Positions 44,650-58,730 are shown, counted from the stretch's first letter. The stretch is 64,000 nt of DNA from Chrysomallon squamiferum (GCA_012295275.1 CM022675.1:10974001-11038000); one strand, 5' to 3'. Notes: generated by a model from the letters alone, not told the origin. Numbers and translations: made by a program.

Positions 44650-44875
44650 TAGTCAGTCAGCCATTCATTTAGATAGTTACATAGTTAGTTACTTAGCTAG
44701 CTAGTTAGTCAGTCAGTCAGTCAGTTAGTTAGCTAGCTAGCTAGCTAGTTAGTTAGTCAGTTAGTCATTCAGTCAGTCAGTCAGTTAGTTAGTTAGTTAG
44801 CTAGTCAGTCAGTCAGTCCGTCCGTCAGTCAGTTAGTTAGTTACTAAGTTAGTCAGTCAGTTAGTTAGTTAGTTA
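44650..44875. repeat. (AGTT/AGTC/AGCT)n mosaic tetranucleotide repeat
   Basis: Directly visible in-register variant tetramers. Confidence 0.9.
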
Positions 44876-45132
44876 AATAACAAAGAATGCTTCGTACCGA
44901 CAACCCCGCTCGCGGTAAAGACACCGCTAATCGCCCCTGATGTAACTCTTCACAAAGGGAGGAGGGAAAGGTTCGGCAGTTTGTTAAAGCAGAGCTCTCT
45001 AGCGTGGAAGCCGCTTGTCGCACGAAATGGGGGTTTAATGAATTAGCTGATTTATCGTCCGGCAGTCGGAGAACGTTCATTGCCGCATTGATCGAATCAC
45101 AGCGATAGACAGACGTCGTTTTTTTCTTCCAG

Positions 45133-45240
45133 GTGATTTATCGCTTCGTCGATATCGATCGCGTATCTTCACGATCGGACACGATGTGTCGCAATTAACT
45201 GCTTCGTTCTGCGTCTACTTCGTATTTGTAAGAACTGCTG
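45133..45240 (+). ncRNA. Candidate internal exon of an antisense (plus-strand) transcript
   Basis: Acceptor TTTTTTTCTTCCAG|G ending at 45132 and donor CTG|GTAAGT starting at 45241 bracket 108 nt of CpG-rich sequence. No transcript evidence is available. Confidence 0.3.
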
Positions 45241-45601
45241 GTAAGTTTTGTGGTTTGAAACAGTTGGGTTGTGTAGTGATATTTCTTACAAGATATAAGT
45301 GATGGACTGATAAACAGTTATTTGTCAGAAAAACACACACATTTTTTTAGATATGTAGAAATAGAGAGTCAGAGACAGCAAGACAGTCAAACAGACAGAC
45401 AGACAGATGAATAAATGGACAGACATACAGACAGGTAGACAGGCAGGATAATAATTAAAATAGCCCCCACCCCAAGAAAACCCCACAAAAAACACACAAC
45501 TACAATGGCTGTAATTAAATGCAATGAATAAAGCAAATTAAGAAGGGCAAAGAAAGAGATAAGCATAAAGATCATATAACTGAAAACAAACTGCAAATAG
45601 A

Positions 45602-45633
<32 letters not shown>

Positions 45634-46131
45634 CAACAACAACAACAACAACAACAATAACAATAACAATAATAATAGTACAAAATTAAATTTAAAAAAA
45701 ATAATAATAAAAAAAAAAAAAAAAATGATAATAATAATAAAATCGAAAAAAAAATATATTGATTTATTTCACTGACGTCACCCTGGGCTATCAATTCACA
45801 TTATTTCTTACATCCATCCCCCCTGATACTTTGAGGACCCAGAGTCTGGAGGTCAAACGCCTTGTAATGAAGAAGATATTACCACAGCCCAGATGAACAT
45901 TAAAGATTGCTTCCTTATTCAAAATTGCAACTTGAAGGGTCCAACTCGTGCCAGAAGACCCCGGAGGTCAAGCAGCCACGTTCTACGCGATGTCCGAACG
46001 TAAATCAGCGAACAAGTCGTGTGTCCGTTATTGAGAGGCGCTGTTGGGGATTGTTGAAATTTTATAAAATAATAATAAATAAAAAAAATATTAAAAATTT
46101 AATTTTGAAGAAAGTTATTTTTTTTTTATTA

Positions 46132-46197
<66 letters not shown>

Positions 46198-46967
46198 ATG
46201 TGTTGAGGTTATGATTTATTATTTTAAAAGATGTTTTTTTTTATTTTTTTTAATGTCACATTATCACAAAGAACGAACTTTACTCAAATACTTTAGCCGA
46301 TATGTTTATTTTAAAATTTGATGATTATTTTATTTTATTTAAATACTTATAACAGCTTAATCACGTGCCAGGCACAAAGATAAGTATTAAAAAAAGAAAA
46401 GCGCGAAAAAAGTTAAATTTACAAATAATATTACTTAATTATTATATCGCCTTCATGTAGTTCATCGCAGGATGCCAAATAGGCAACTGCAGTACAAATG
46501 TATCATCGTCCGATCACTCATATTTATGTTGTAAATCAAACCTACCAATTAACTGTTTGTCTAACCGTGTTGATAAATAACTTTCTAACATTAACTGGCC
46601 GACCTGTGCACTATTAATAAAGAAAACGGCAGTCATGGATATTTATATATAGCTAACGAATATATGAAAACAAAAATGAATGAATAACAAACGGGACGAA
46701 TGAATGAATGAAGGGATGAACTACTACAACAACTATTGTAATTATTACACTTCTACTACTTCTATTACTACAACAACAATTACTACTACTGCTACTACTA
46801 CTATATTACTATAATTGTTATTAATACTACAGCTACTGTTATTAAAATTACTACTACTATTATTATTAGAGTACCATTACTATTAGTATTGTAACCATAA
46901 TCACTAGTAATACTAAAATACCAATAAGGCTATTAGTGCCACCACTAATACTGTTGCTACCAGAAAA

Positions 46968-46968
<1 letters not shown>

Positions 46969-47038
<70 letters not shown>

Positions 47039-47040
47039 GT

Positions 47041-47071
<31 letters not shown>

Positions 47072-47133
47072 CAACAACATTAATGATAAGAAGAAGAAGA
47101 AGAACAACAACAACAACAACAACAACAACAGCG

Positions 47134-47183
<50 letters not shown>

Positions 47184-47205
47184 AACAACAACAACAACAA
47201 CAACA
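46969..47205. repeat. (AAT)n(AAC)n compound microsatellite
   Basis: Directly visible. Confidence 0.95.
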
Positions 47206-47629
47206 GTATCAACCACAATAATAAATAAATATATGCTTTCACGCACGCAGTTCTGTATCAGAAATACTAATGGCGCATGATCCCGGAACAGCGCAGATTT
47301 CATACATTAACATAAATTTCTATCACGTTGTGTGGTTGCCGACGTATCTTCTTTCTACGGAACATTGGTCAGGATGGAAAAAAAAAATAAAAATAATAAT
47401 AATTTATCATCTGATCATTTCTAACCTAAGGCAATTATATCGCCTGGTGGAAAACGAATCTTTACAGGTGGCTGCGCACAAATTTGCGATTTGCAATATC
47501 GACTAAGAGCGACAGCTAGCACGCTGGTATCGAGGCGTGTTTGTATCGTTCACGTTCATTTGTACGCACAGACAGACACACAAGCATATGGATGAAAAAT
47601 ATAAAACAATATATATAGTAATAAATAAA

Positions 47630-47678
<49 letters not shown>

Positions 47679-47733
47679 GTAAAGCAACACAGACAAACAA
47701 AAATTGTAGGAGGCCAAATGATATATTTATGTA

Positions 47734-47764
<31 letters not shown>

Positions 47765-48199
47765 CTATGTGTATGTATGTATGTATGTATGTATGTATCT
47801 ATGTGTATGTATTTCTATGTTTGTGTGTACGTATGTATGTATGTTTGTATGCATGCATATGTATATATGTATTTGTGCGCAAGTTACGTTGCGTTTGTAA
47901 GTATGTATGTATGTATTCCTCATCGACCGCCATTTTGGAAAGCAAGAAAGCAAAATTACTGCTTTCACTGAAAACCCATCCTAGTTCAAAACAACAATAA
48001 AAACTGACGAAAAAGAGAAAAAAAAAAAAGAAAAAAACGAAACGAAAACAAACAAAAACAACGATGATATTAATTAGAAACGAAAATTCGCAGACAATTT
48101 TTTTTTCTTTATTTTTTTTTCTGTATTTTAACGTCTATTAGTTTCTGTACCTAGTCTTTTAAAAAAAAAAAAAAAAAAAAAATATGTCTCAAAATAGCT

Positions 48200-48720
48200 G
48201 ACAGTTTTAAATGAAAATTCCCGACATAGCTGACGTGAATGACGTTTTCTGCACCCGTTGCGCAACGTTACGTAAAATAATTTACGACCAGTCGATTGTT
48301 CCTTAGCGTTAATAGCGCTCCATAAAGTTCGTACAGTCGACCGCTCAACAGTCTGTGCTCGCTCCAGCCCAGACCTCATACAGCACTCTTTTTTTTTCAA
48401 AAGTACCAAACGTTTCTGTTTTGTTTGGTCCTTTTGGCGTCACCTCGGCGGGGCCTCTCCGCGGTCCGGGGAAATTCGTTCCGTTTCGCCTCCTTTCGAA
48501 CAATCCCGGTATTGCAAGTTTCTCTCTACACTCGAACGCGCCTTTAATTTTAGTCAGCCTTCAAAGCTCTTTGCCGTCTCTCGCGGTAATCTATGGGCGT
48601 CCGTTCTTAATTCGATATTCTCCGCTGGACGGGACGCGCAATCTTCAATTAAACTGCATGAAGTCTCGCTAATCTGGATGGCATCCTCCTCTTACTGCAG
48701 ATTTTTCAAAATGGCGTCTT
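48200..48720. promoter_or_regulatory. CpG-rich island, candidate enhancer
   Basis: TTGCGCAA (48258-48265), TTACGTAA (48268-48275), TTTACGAC (48281-48288) and YY1-type CAAAATGGCG (48707-48716). Confidence 0.45.
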
Positions 48721-49409
48721 TTTTTCTTTTTTTTTGTGTTTTCGCTATGTCCATAAATTCGATTTTTCCGTTTTTGTTTTTATTATTTTATTTATTTATT
48801 TATTTATTTTTATTAATTTATTTTTATTTTATTTACTTCTTGTTCCATTTTATTTATTTATTTATTTTTATTAATTTATTTTTATTTTATTTATTTATTT
48901 TGTTTATTTATTTATTTATTTTTGTTCCATTTTATTTATTCGTTCGTTCGTTCATTTATTCATTCATTCATTAATTCATTCATTTTTGTTTTATTTCATT
49001 TTATTTATTAACTTGATTGGTGAGTATGATATGGATGAATTCAGAAATCCAGTAAGGAAAGTGGTTAGAAAAATACACGATTAAATATAAACACAAATAA
49101 CAATTACTATCACCATAATCGTAATGTTAGCCATAGTATCAGTAATCATAGTAAGAGTAATAGTTGAAGCGGAGTTTGTAGTAATAGAAGAAGTAGTAAT
49201 AACTATTAGTAATAGTTGTAGTAGTAGTGATAGTAGCAATAATAATTGTAATAATTACAGCAGTAGTTGTTATTGCTATTTCGTTCCAATAGTTGTAGTA
49301 GTAATTATAGCGGTATTTGTATGGCAATAACGATAAAGATGATAATCTCAGTTTATTCAGAAACAGATACGATAGTTATTGTACATGAATTTGCCTTTAC
49401 AGATAGAAT

Positions 49410-49445
<36 letters not shown>

Positions 49446-49816
49446 GCAAAGAGAAAACAAGAGAAAAAAACGGAGATAGATAGATAGATATAAAGATATA
49501 TGTACAGATAGATATACAATTAGATAGAAAAATATAATTATAGATGTATTTAGGTATACAGATAAACAGATAGATAAATCGAAATACACAGATACATAGA
49601 TACACAGATAGATTCATTGTAAGACGGAAAGAAAATCAGAGAAAGACAGAAGGGGAAAGGGTGAGAGATAACAGAACGAGGAAGACAGAGAAATGTGATT
49701 CAGACAATATTTATAACTAATTAGTGTAATAGATTTAACAAATCAAAAATACGTCAGTTAAGAAAACTATAATACTGTGATTTCAAAAAAAACAAACAAA
49801 AACAAACAAAAATAAA

Positions 49817-49851
<35 letters not shown>

Positions 49852-49855
49852 AATA

Positions 49856-49914
<59 letters not shown>

Positions 49915-50058
49915 TAATACAATAAATAAAAGCACAACAAATTGGTGTGCTAAGTATTCACATAACATTATTAATTCTCAAACAAACTGTCACCTAACAA
50001 GGACATTCTGATCGATCCTCGTAATATAACCGTTATTAAATTAATATTTCAAACAGAT

Positions 50059-50092
<34 letters not shown>

Positions 50093-50851
50093 CTTTTCAT
50101 TTCATTTACATTTCAACAATGCCTCTTACTTTCACGGCCGGCTGAAATTACATTACTAACCCTTGTCTCTACTGACCTTCATGTACAAGAATTACTTCAT
50201 ATTAACTCGTTACGGTTTCCTTATCAAAGGCTTGAAAATATTTTATCTGTTTATTGAAATTGTTATTATAAACATCATCCGTATTGTAACACCTGCACAC
50301 ATTGATAAAAAGTGTGAATAAAAAAAAAAAAAAAAAAAAAATATATATTTCTGTGTGTGGAATAGTTGGGCTATGATAATGCAAATTCGTCTGAAAAGGT
50401 TTTTAATCACAGGTCTTGTTTTCACAAATTGTTATTTGAAATTCTGAGCCAGGTGTTGCAAAAATCTGTACCTGGAAACACGTGGTGTATATATATATAT
50501 ATATATAATATCTACAACAGGTGTTCTGTGTCAGATTCTGAATTCATAATAATTGTCATCTCTCGCATAGTTAATATACACTTGTTGTTGTTTTTTTTGT
50601 TTTTGTTTTTTTTATTTTGTTTTTTCTTTGATTATAAATTTAATTTAATATTTAATTTTACATTGCTTTATTTTATTTTTACATCAATAAAATGTTTTTG
50701 TTCTGTTTGTTTTTCTTTCTTTACCTTTTTTTTTTTTCTGTTAATATATATTTTTTTTTGTTCAGTATTATCTTATTATCTCCTTCTCTTTTTCACTTTG
50801 TCTCATCTTCATTTCTCTTTTATTCTCGTCTTTTTTTCATTCCCAAACACA

Positions 50852-50985
<134 letters not shown>

Positions 50986-51097
50986 CATCCCATCTTAACC
51001 TGTCAGCATCCAAACTTTAAAGTCATAAATTATATCGAAATTGCGTAAAATAACAAAATAAAGTAACATATCAATAATAATAATAATAATAATAATA

Positions 51098-51137
<40 letters not shown>

Positions 51138-51414
51138 CATAATAATAATAATATAATAATAATAATAATAATAATAAATAATAATAATAACAATAATTGT
51201 AATAGTGTATATATAAATAAATAACTGCTAACAAGGTGTCACATTGTGGTGTGATAATATCTGTGTGGTTTAATTACAACAATGTGAGGCTCACTAACAA
51301 ATTCTCGCAACGACTGACTGATTAAACGAAAATCGTAAGCACTTGACTGTATGGGTCACTGAACTGTACAGAATCATACGAAAAATATGAAAGATAAAGA
51401 TCAGTGGTAATAAA

Positions 51415-51770
51415 TGATGTAATGATAGTGTCGGTGATGATAGTCAGATGATGATACTGGTTATAATAGTGTATTGATCAAATAAATGATACTACGGTAA
51501 TACATACTGCGTGGTGATATAATTTATGATACTGCAGTATATGTAATACTGCGGTGATGATACTACAGTGATGATTATCCTCTGATGATATTACAAGGAT
51601 GATACTATGGTATTACTGCACTGAAGATACAATGGTATCACTACAGTGATGATATTACAGTGACGAACATCGAGGTGATGATAATGTGATAATATATCCA
51701 TAATGATACTTTGCAGATGATACAATGATACTGCGGTAATGATAGTATGACAATACTGCAGAGGATGATA
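51415..51770. repeat. Degenerate ~14-bp minisatellite (GATACTRCRGTRAT)
   Basis: Repeated GATACTACGGTAAT / GATACTGCAGT / GATACTACAGTGAT / GATACTGCGGTAAT variants. Confidence 0.75.
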
Positions 51771-52443
51771 CGAAACACCCACAAATACACACAAACTTAA
51801 ATGAAAATAAATAATTAAATAAACAAACAAACAAACAAACAAACAAACAAATAAATAAATAAATAAATAAATAAGATAAAATAAAATAAAATATAATTAA
51901 ATTAAATTAAATTAAATTAAATATACAAATAATAAAATAAAATAAAATAAATAAAATAAAATAAAATAAATAAGTAAAATAAATAAATTAAATTAAATTG
52001 AATTAAATTAAATTAATAATAAAATAAATAAATAAAATAAAATAAACAAATTCAACAAACAAGCACAGAGGAAATACATGTCGGAACCGAACGCGATCAA
52101 ATCAGCAAGAACAAAAAGTCTACACACACAGGCACCACACGCAACTTGACTTCAACCTGTGACTTTAACCATGACCGAATGAAGAACTACAACAACGTGA
52201 CTTGCGGGATTAACGACGACACCGTGTAGTAGTTGTCACAAATGATTTCACTCTTACACGTGACCCCGGTGATCACGACGACATTCCTGTGAGCGCCCGC
52301 GTGAGGACAACACACGTAAAAACTGCTCCCGTCATTTTGAAATATTCTTAGTCTCTGTTTGTGTCCTAATTTTCTCACTATGTACATGATTGTGGAAGGG
52401 TAAACTGACCTTTACTACAAGTTTTTATATTGTTATTATTATA

Positions 52444-52497
<54 letters not shown>

Positions 52498-55400
52498 TTG
52501 ATGAATCTATTTTTGCTGTTGATATCATTATTGCTAATACTACTGTTTACTACCAAGTCTACAACTGCTGCTTGTACTACTACTACAACTGCTACTTGTA
52601 CTACTACATCAAATGCTGTTGTTTGTGTCGTTACAAATAATATTACCACTCCTTCAACAGCTGTTATTACGACTGCAGCAGCAATGACAACACTCTTACT
52701 TGTACAACTACAGCTACTACAACAACTACTACTATATTACTATTATTAGTAACAATAATAATAATTATACCATTAATACCAATACCACTACTATTATTAC
52801 TGCTTCTACATATGCTCTTAGTACTACCTTTCTAATACTAATGCTACTACCCTATACTATAACAACACAATACTACTATTATTCCTAATACTACTAATAA
52901 TACTAATACTAATATTACTACTAATACTGCTGCTGCTACTACTACTACTACTACTTCTACTACTACTACTAATAATAATAATAGTAATTAATCATTAAAA
53001 AAATAGAATAAAATAAAAAATAAAAAAGATATTTTTTTTTTAAATATTAGTTTTATTACCTCCATTCGTAACAGGACGTGAGTTTTATATTATATTACAC
53101 AAACACATTTCTCTGACACTTACACTGTTGTGAGTTGTTTATTAAACCCTTAAAAAAAAAAAAAAAAAAAAAAAAAAACACCAACGTATATTTTCTCCTA
53201 CATCTACTGCAACACGTAAAGAAATGGTTGCTAGGCGATAACATGACACAAGAATGTCTTACTAGGATCAGGCAACATTTATCACCCCAGATTCCATTCT
53301 GACGTTACAAATACGGTCTTTCAAAACGGCGAAACTTCGAACATTAAAATCGTCTACGAGCGACGGGTGGTTTGCGAGAGATAAAATGTCACACGGTAGT
53401 TGTACAACGTCTGCGGTGAATTTCACCCAGCTCGGGGATCAGTTTCGGCTGTTTAGAAACACATTTCAGTGGAAGTAATGTCGTTTTCACCGGCACTGTT
53501 ATCTGAAGCGAATTCCATGGCACAACAGTCTTTGTCTTCATCGATAAGCCGTTTGACAGACAGATGCATTAAGAGATATGTTATTGGTGACGTTTTAGTT
53601 GCTGTTATGAAGTTGAACATTATTTATCTACTACTTTTACTACTACTATTACTACTACTACTACTACTACTACTAGTACTAGTACTACTACTACTACTAC
53701 TACTTCGAATAGGACTACGATTACGACTATGACTGCTATATCTACTACTACAACTACTACTATTACCACAACTGCTAGTACTACAACTACCAGTACTATT
53801 AATACAACGATTATTACTACTATCACTTTTACTAAAAAAACAAATACCACTACTACCATTACTACTAGTATTACTACTATTACTTTAGTAATAATAATAA
53901 TAATAATAAACTGGAAGAAATGAAATACTACTTACCACATAAAGTTTATCATTGTTATTGCTGCCACTGATACTACTACGATTACAAAAAACACAACAAC
54001 TACGACCACAGCAACAAATACAAGACCAAATGCAACTAATAAACAAATAATAATGCTGTTTTTTCTACAGCTACTATAGCCGCGACAGCAGTACAAGTAC
54101 AACTACAACTACGACTACGACAATTATTTATATAGTGTCACTATAACTATTACTTAGTACTACGATAACTCTAGTTACATCGATAATGTGAAGACGACGA
54201 CGATTACGACAACTACAACTACAGATTCAGCGAAAAGCAAAAACAAAATTAAAAAATTAAATAAATAAATAAAATATAAATTTAAGAAAGATCATTTGAG
54301 CAAGCATTAAAGAAAAGTAATCATTTGAAAGTTAAATGTTTAATAAATAAATAAATAAATAAATAAAAAGTACGTAAGTAAATAAATAAAAAAAAAAAAA
54401 AAAAAAAATAAATAAATAAATAAATAAATAACAATAAAAAAAAAAAAAAATAATAAATAATGATACCACTGAGTCATCCATGTATAGATCAGATGTTGGA
54501 AAGCAGGTTTTAATGATTATGCAAATGAGTATGCAAATGAATTATGGAATGAACATGTAATAGCCAGTTATTCGGTATAATGTCTTCAATTATGAATTTA
54601 AAAACACTCAAGATACACACCCTCTTTGAATTTGAGTCAACAGATGATAGAAACAGAGCAATAAAATCTTATTTATTTCTTTGTTTGTACGTTTCTCTAT
54701 TTATTTATTTTTTAATTTCTATTTTTACGTCTTGTTTTTGTTTATTCGCATAATGATTAATTCATCCGTCTATTTATTTTTCTGTTTCTCTTGTTCTTTT
54801 TCTGTTAGTCAGTCTATCTATTCGTTCTCTCTCTCTCTTTCTGTTTTATTTGTTTTTCTTATTTACCATTTATATCATTTATTTTACCTTATTTATTTAT
54901 TTATTTTGTTTTGTTTTATTTTTTTTTTTATTTTACGCTATATTTTTATTTCTTTGTTTTGTTTCGTTTAATTTCTCTTCTTTTCATTTCGTTTCGTTTC
55001 GTTTCATTTTACATTATTCTGTTTTATTTTCCTTCATTTTTTTATTTATTTATTTTTGTCTTTTCATATTTATTTGTGTCTTTGTTCGCTTCTTTGTTTG
55101 TTTGCTTGTTGTTTGTTCATAATTTTATTTCATTTTTTATTTACATCGTATTCTGTTCATTTTAATTCTGTTTGTACTACTATCCAGACACTAAACACTT
55201 TTCAGTTTTCAACAAAGAGAGAAACCATTTTCATAAAACGATATGATCTGAATACGATATACATTCTCACAAACAAACTTTCTCCTTTATTTCCCCACCC
55301 CTCCATTCATTTACTATTAACCCCAGAACAGCCAGATCAACTGGAAATAACTTTACTAAGTACTTATACAACGACGTCTCCAATATTTACAATCTTCGTC

Positions 55401-57050
55401 ATGTTGTTTTATGACGCTTTGCAGCAGAACATTTCGTCAGGGTGACACGTCTAAGTCTTGGCTGGACATCTCGTTTTTACTGCGTCTTAATGTCATTTTT
55501 GTCAGCATCTTCACGACCGCATAGAGAACATCGCGCCAGAACTTTTTGGGTGTGGAATTTATCTCCTGTTAATCTTCTCAGCATTTTGCTGGCACACATC
55601 CGACTCGTCATCCCTGTCGTTTCTGTCCCAGGCGCATGCGCAGTGGCTCTCCCAGCTTCGCCTGACGAGTTTTTCTTCCACCTCTTTTTTTTTTTTTTTT
55701 TTTTTCGGTCTGACCCCGAGTACGGCTTTGTGTCTATGGGTGTGAGAATACGCAGGTGGTCGGTTTAAAGAAAAGGTCTGGAAATCGGGCGGATGATCTC
55801 CCCTGCTGTTTCCCATCATCGTTTTCATTGTAGGCGCTTCGGATGTTTGACAATTGCAGGAGGAAATCCAAATCGAAGACATGGCCATAAAAGAGATCAC
55901 AGGACAGTCGTAAACATTTACCTGCGTGTCGTTTTATTATGACGGATCCGACAATCATGCTGTGAAAAATTTTATCTTCTTTTTTTTTTCTTTCTCCGTT
56001 TTCAAATGTTGTTTGCCTATTTCATATTTCTAGCTTTCGTGTGCGCGTTTGAGTTGGGGGTATGTGTGCTATACATTAACACTAATAACAAATTTGGCTT
56101 CTTATTCAGTTGTCTATTTGGTTTATGTGTGTGTGTGTGTGTGTGTGTGCGTGCGTGCGTGGTTTGTCTTATTTACCTGAAATTGAACTAGTAGTTGTAC
56201 TAATAGTGATACTAGTAGTAGTGGTAGACTTAATAATAATCGTAGTATTGTAGTAATTGTAGTATTAGGAACAGCTGCAGTACTAGGGTAGTAGGGGAAT
56301 GATGTTTGTTTCCTTTCATCTTCGAAATTTCTTTGAACGGTTTATTACTAACAAATACGATATGACAAACCACCGATTTCACAGTGTATATCTCAATCAC
56401 AGTGTATAATAATACGCATGCATGTATTATTATATACGTTAGTGTGCAATAATACCTGTAATTATGCATTACTGAATCTGATGCATTTATAAATGATACG
56501 ACACAGCGACAAACAATAAAATTCATTCGGTTGTTTCGCTTAATATATTCATAGTCTTAGCACTCGACGTTTTGTACGTTTTTAACCTTTTTCTGCATTG
56601 TTTTTCTCTAGATCCCTCGATTTGTATTTTAATCCAGCGAATCGTTAACCGGCAGGAGAAATTAAAATCTGACTGTTTTATCGAGACAATTAAACCGATT
56701 CTACAAGTTCTGCGGAGACTGGCTGGTGTGTAATGAGAAGAATAGGTGTCTGTTTCTTAGTGCAAATTACAGGTGTAAAACCGTCTATAAACAAGCTTTT
56801 AAAAGAGATTACGAGTTAGAAATGATATATGTCTGAGTTTTTTTGGACGGAGTTGATTCAGAACATTCTTCGCTTTGCTTTATTTTATTTTATTTTATTT
56901 TATTTTTTTATTTTACTTTATTTTATTTTATTTTACTTTATTTTATATTTCATTTTATATTTTATTTATTTAATTATTTATTTATTTATTATGGCCTATG
57001 AACTGAAATAAACCTTTAATAATTGCAGTGTGCAAATGTGTTAATAAAAT

Positions 57051-57132
<82 letters not shown>

Positions 57133-58200
57133 AAGAAAAAAATAATAATCTGAAATTGCACGCCAAACCACAACAAATGACAATAACAAACACACGTTTC
57201 TTTTGAAATTCTTTTCTTTTTTTCTTTTTCTGTTTCTTTTAAAGCTCAAAGAAGACTCATACGTTTGGTATGACATTAGCAGGTGTCGAGTACGTGTTAC
57301 GAATTTTATCTCACGTGAGATAGAGATCTTAACGAGATCTACAAAGTGAGAAAGACATGCGACGAATCGGTGGGCGTAACAGTTCGTGCCCACGTTCATT
57401 TCCAGTGTCGTACATTTCACAGCTACATAACGTCAAGATAATGGTATTTCGAATATCAAAAAAGTATAGAAAAAAAAAAAAAAAAAAAAACCTCTTATGT
57501 CAAAAAGAAAGTTACTTTAACACGAAATGTATTACCGTTTGAGTGGAAGGATATTAAAGTTAAAAAATATATAAAAAAATAAATAAAAAAAAAAATAAAT
57601 AAATAGTAAAAAATAAAAATAAAAATTTTTTTTTTTTTTTTCTTAACGAGGAAAATCGTTTTTTTTTTTTTCTATTTAATCGTTTTCTGTTGTCATTTAA
57701 AATACGGTGGTTTAAAAAATAAAAATAAAATAATGAAGAAATGAAGAAAAACGATTAACGACTGAAGAATGAACGAACGATCAAACTTAAAAAAGAATGA
57801 AACATTTAATGAACAAACGATTATTGTTTGTTTATAACCAGATATTTAAATTGCTGAGCAGTGATTTTTGTTTTTTTGTTTTACAAATTTCGTCTGTCAA
57901 ACAAAAAGTACGTCTGGTTATTTTTTATGGGGCTGTTGTATAAAAGAAAGGTAGTACATAGAAAACAAAATCAAGACTGAATCTTCTACACATTAAAAAA
58001 AAATAAAAATAAAAATAAAAAATAAAAATTCTAAATGAGCCTGTCTATCAATCAATCAATCAATCAATAAAGCCTGTTTTAAAACCAGTATATAGGTTTC
58101 ATTAGACAGAAACATTTATAAATTTAAACAGAAATAGCGTTTATTTTTGTGTATGTGTATGTATGCGAGAGACAGAGAGATAGAGTGAGCCATAGAAAAA

Positions 58201-58232
<32 letters not shown>

Positions 58233-58589
58233 GAACAGAAAAACACAAAAAGATCAAAACAGAAACCAAAAAAAAAAAAAGATAATTAAAACGAGAAATG
58301 AAAGATAACCGAAACGACACAAAAACAAAAACAAAATATTTTCCTCTCAAGAGCTGTTTACGCCATTATTACCGAGGCATTGATTCAGATATCAAAGGTC
58401 ATAATCGTTTTGAAAACTGGGATAGCCAGGGGTAATAATTCGAATTATTCGAAAATAGAAGTTCATCCTGCGAGATGCAAAAGGCCAATTCCCCGACCGG
58501 CAATAAATTTCTGCTTCACTCGTTTTTCACGTAGAAAATATCAGAAAAAGAAATTAGCGGTTTCAGTAATTATAGAATAATCTCTTGTT

Positions 58590-58730
58590 CCATCCGCCAC
58601 ACTTTGCGCCGGGTCGGCCATTGTGCGGTCACGTGACCGGCACCGCGCGCGCTCTCATCGCGAGAACGAGGCTCTCGCGAGACTTGCGCCCGCAGACTCC
58701 GCGCTAAGACCCTTTATAAATAATTTGATG
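58590..58730. promoter_or_regulatory. Orphan CpG-island-type promoter candidate
   Basis: CGGTCACGTGACCG (58626-58639), TCGCGAGA (58658-58665), TCTCGCGAGA (58673-58682) and a TATA box readable on both strands (58711-58722). Confidence 0.55.
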
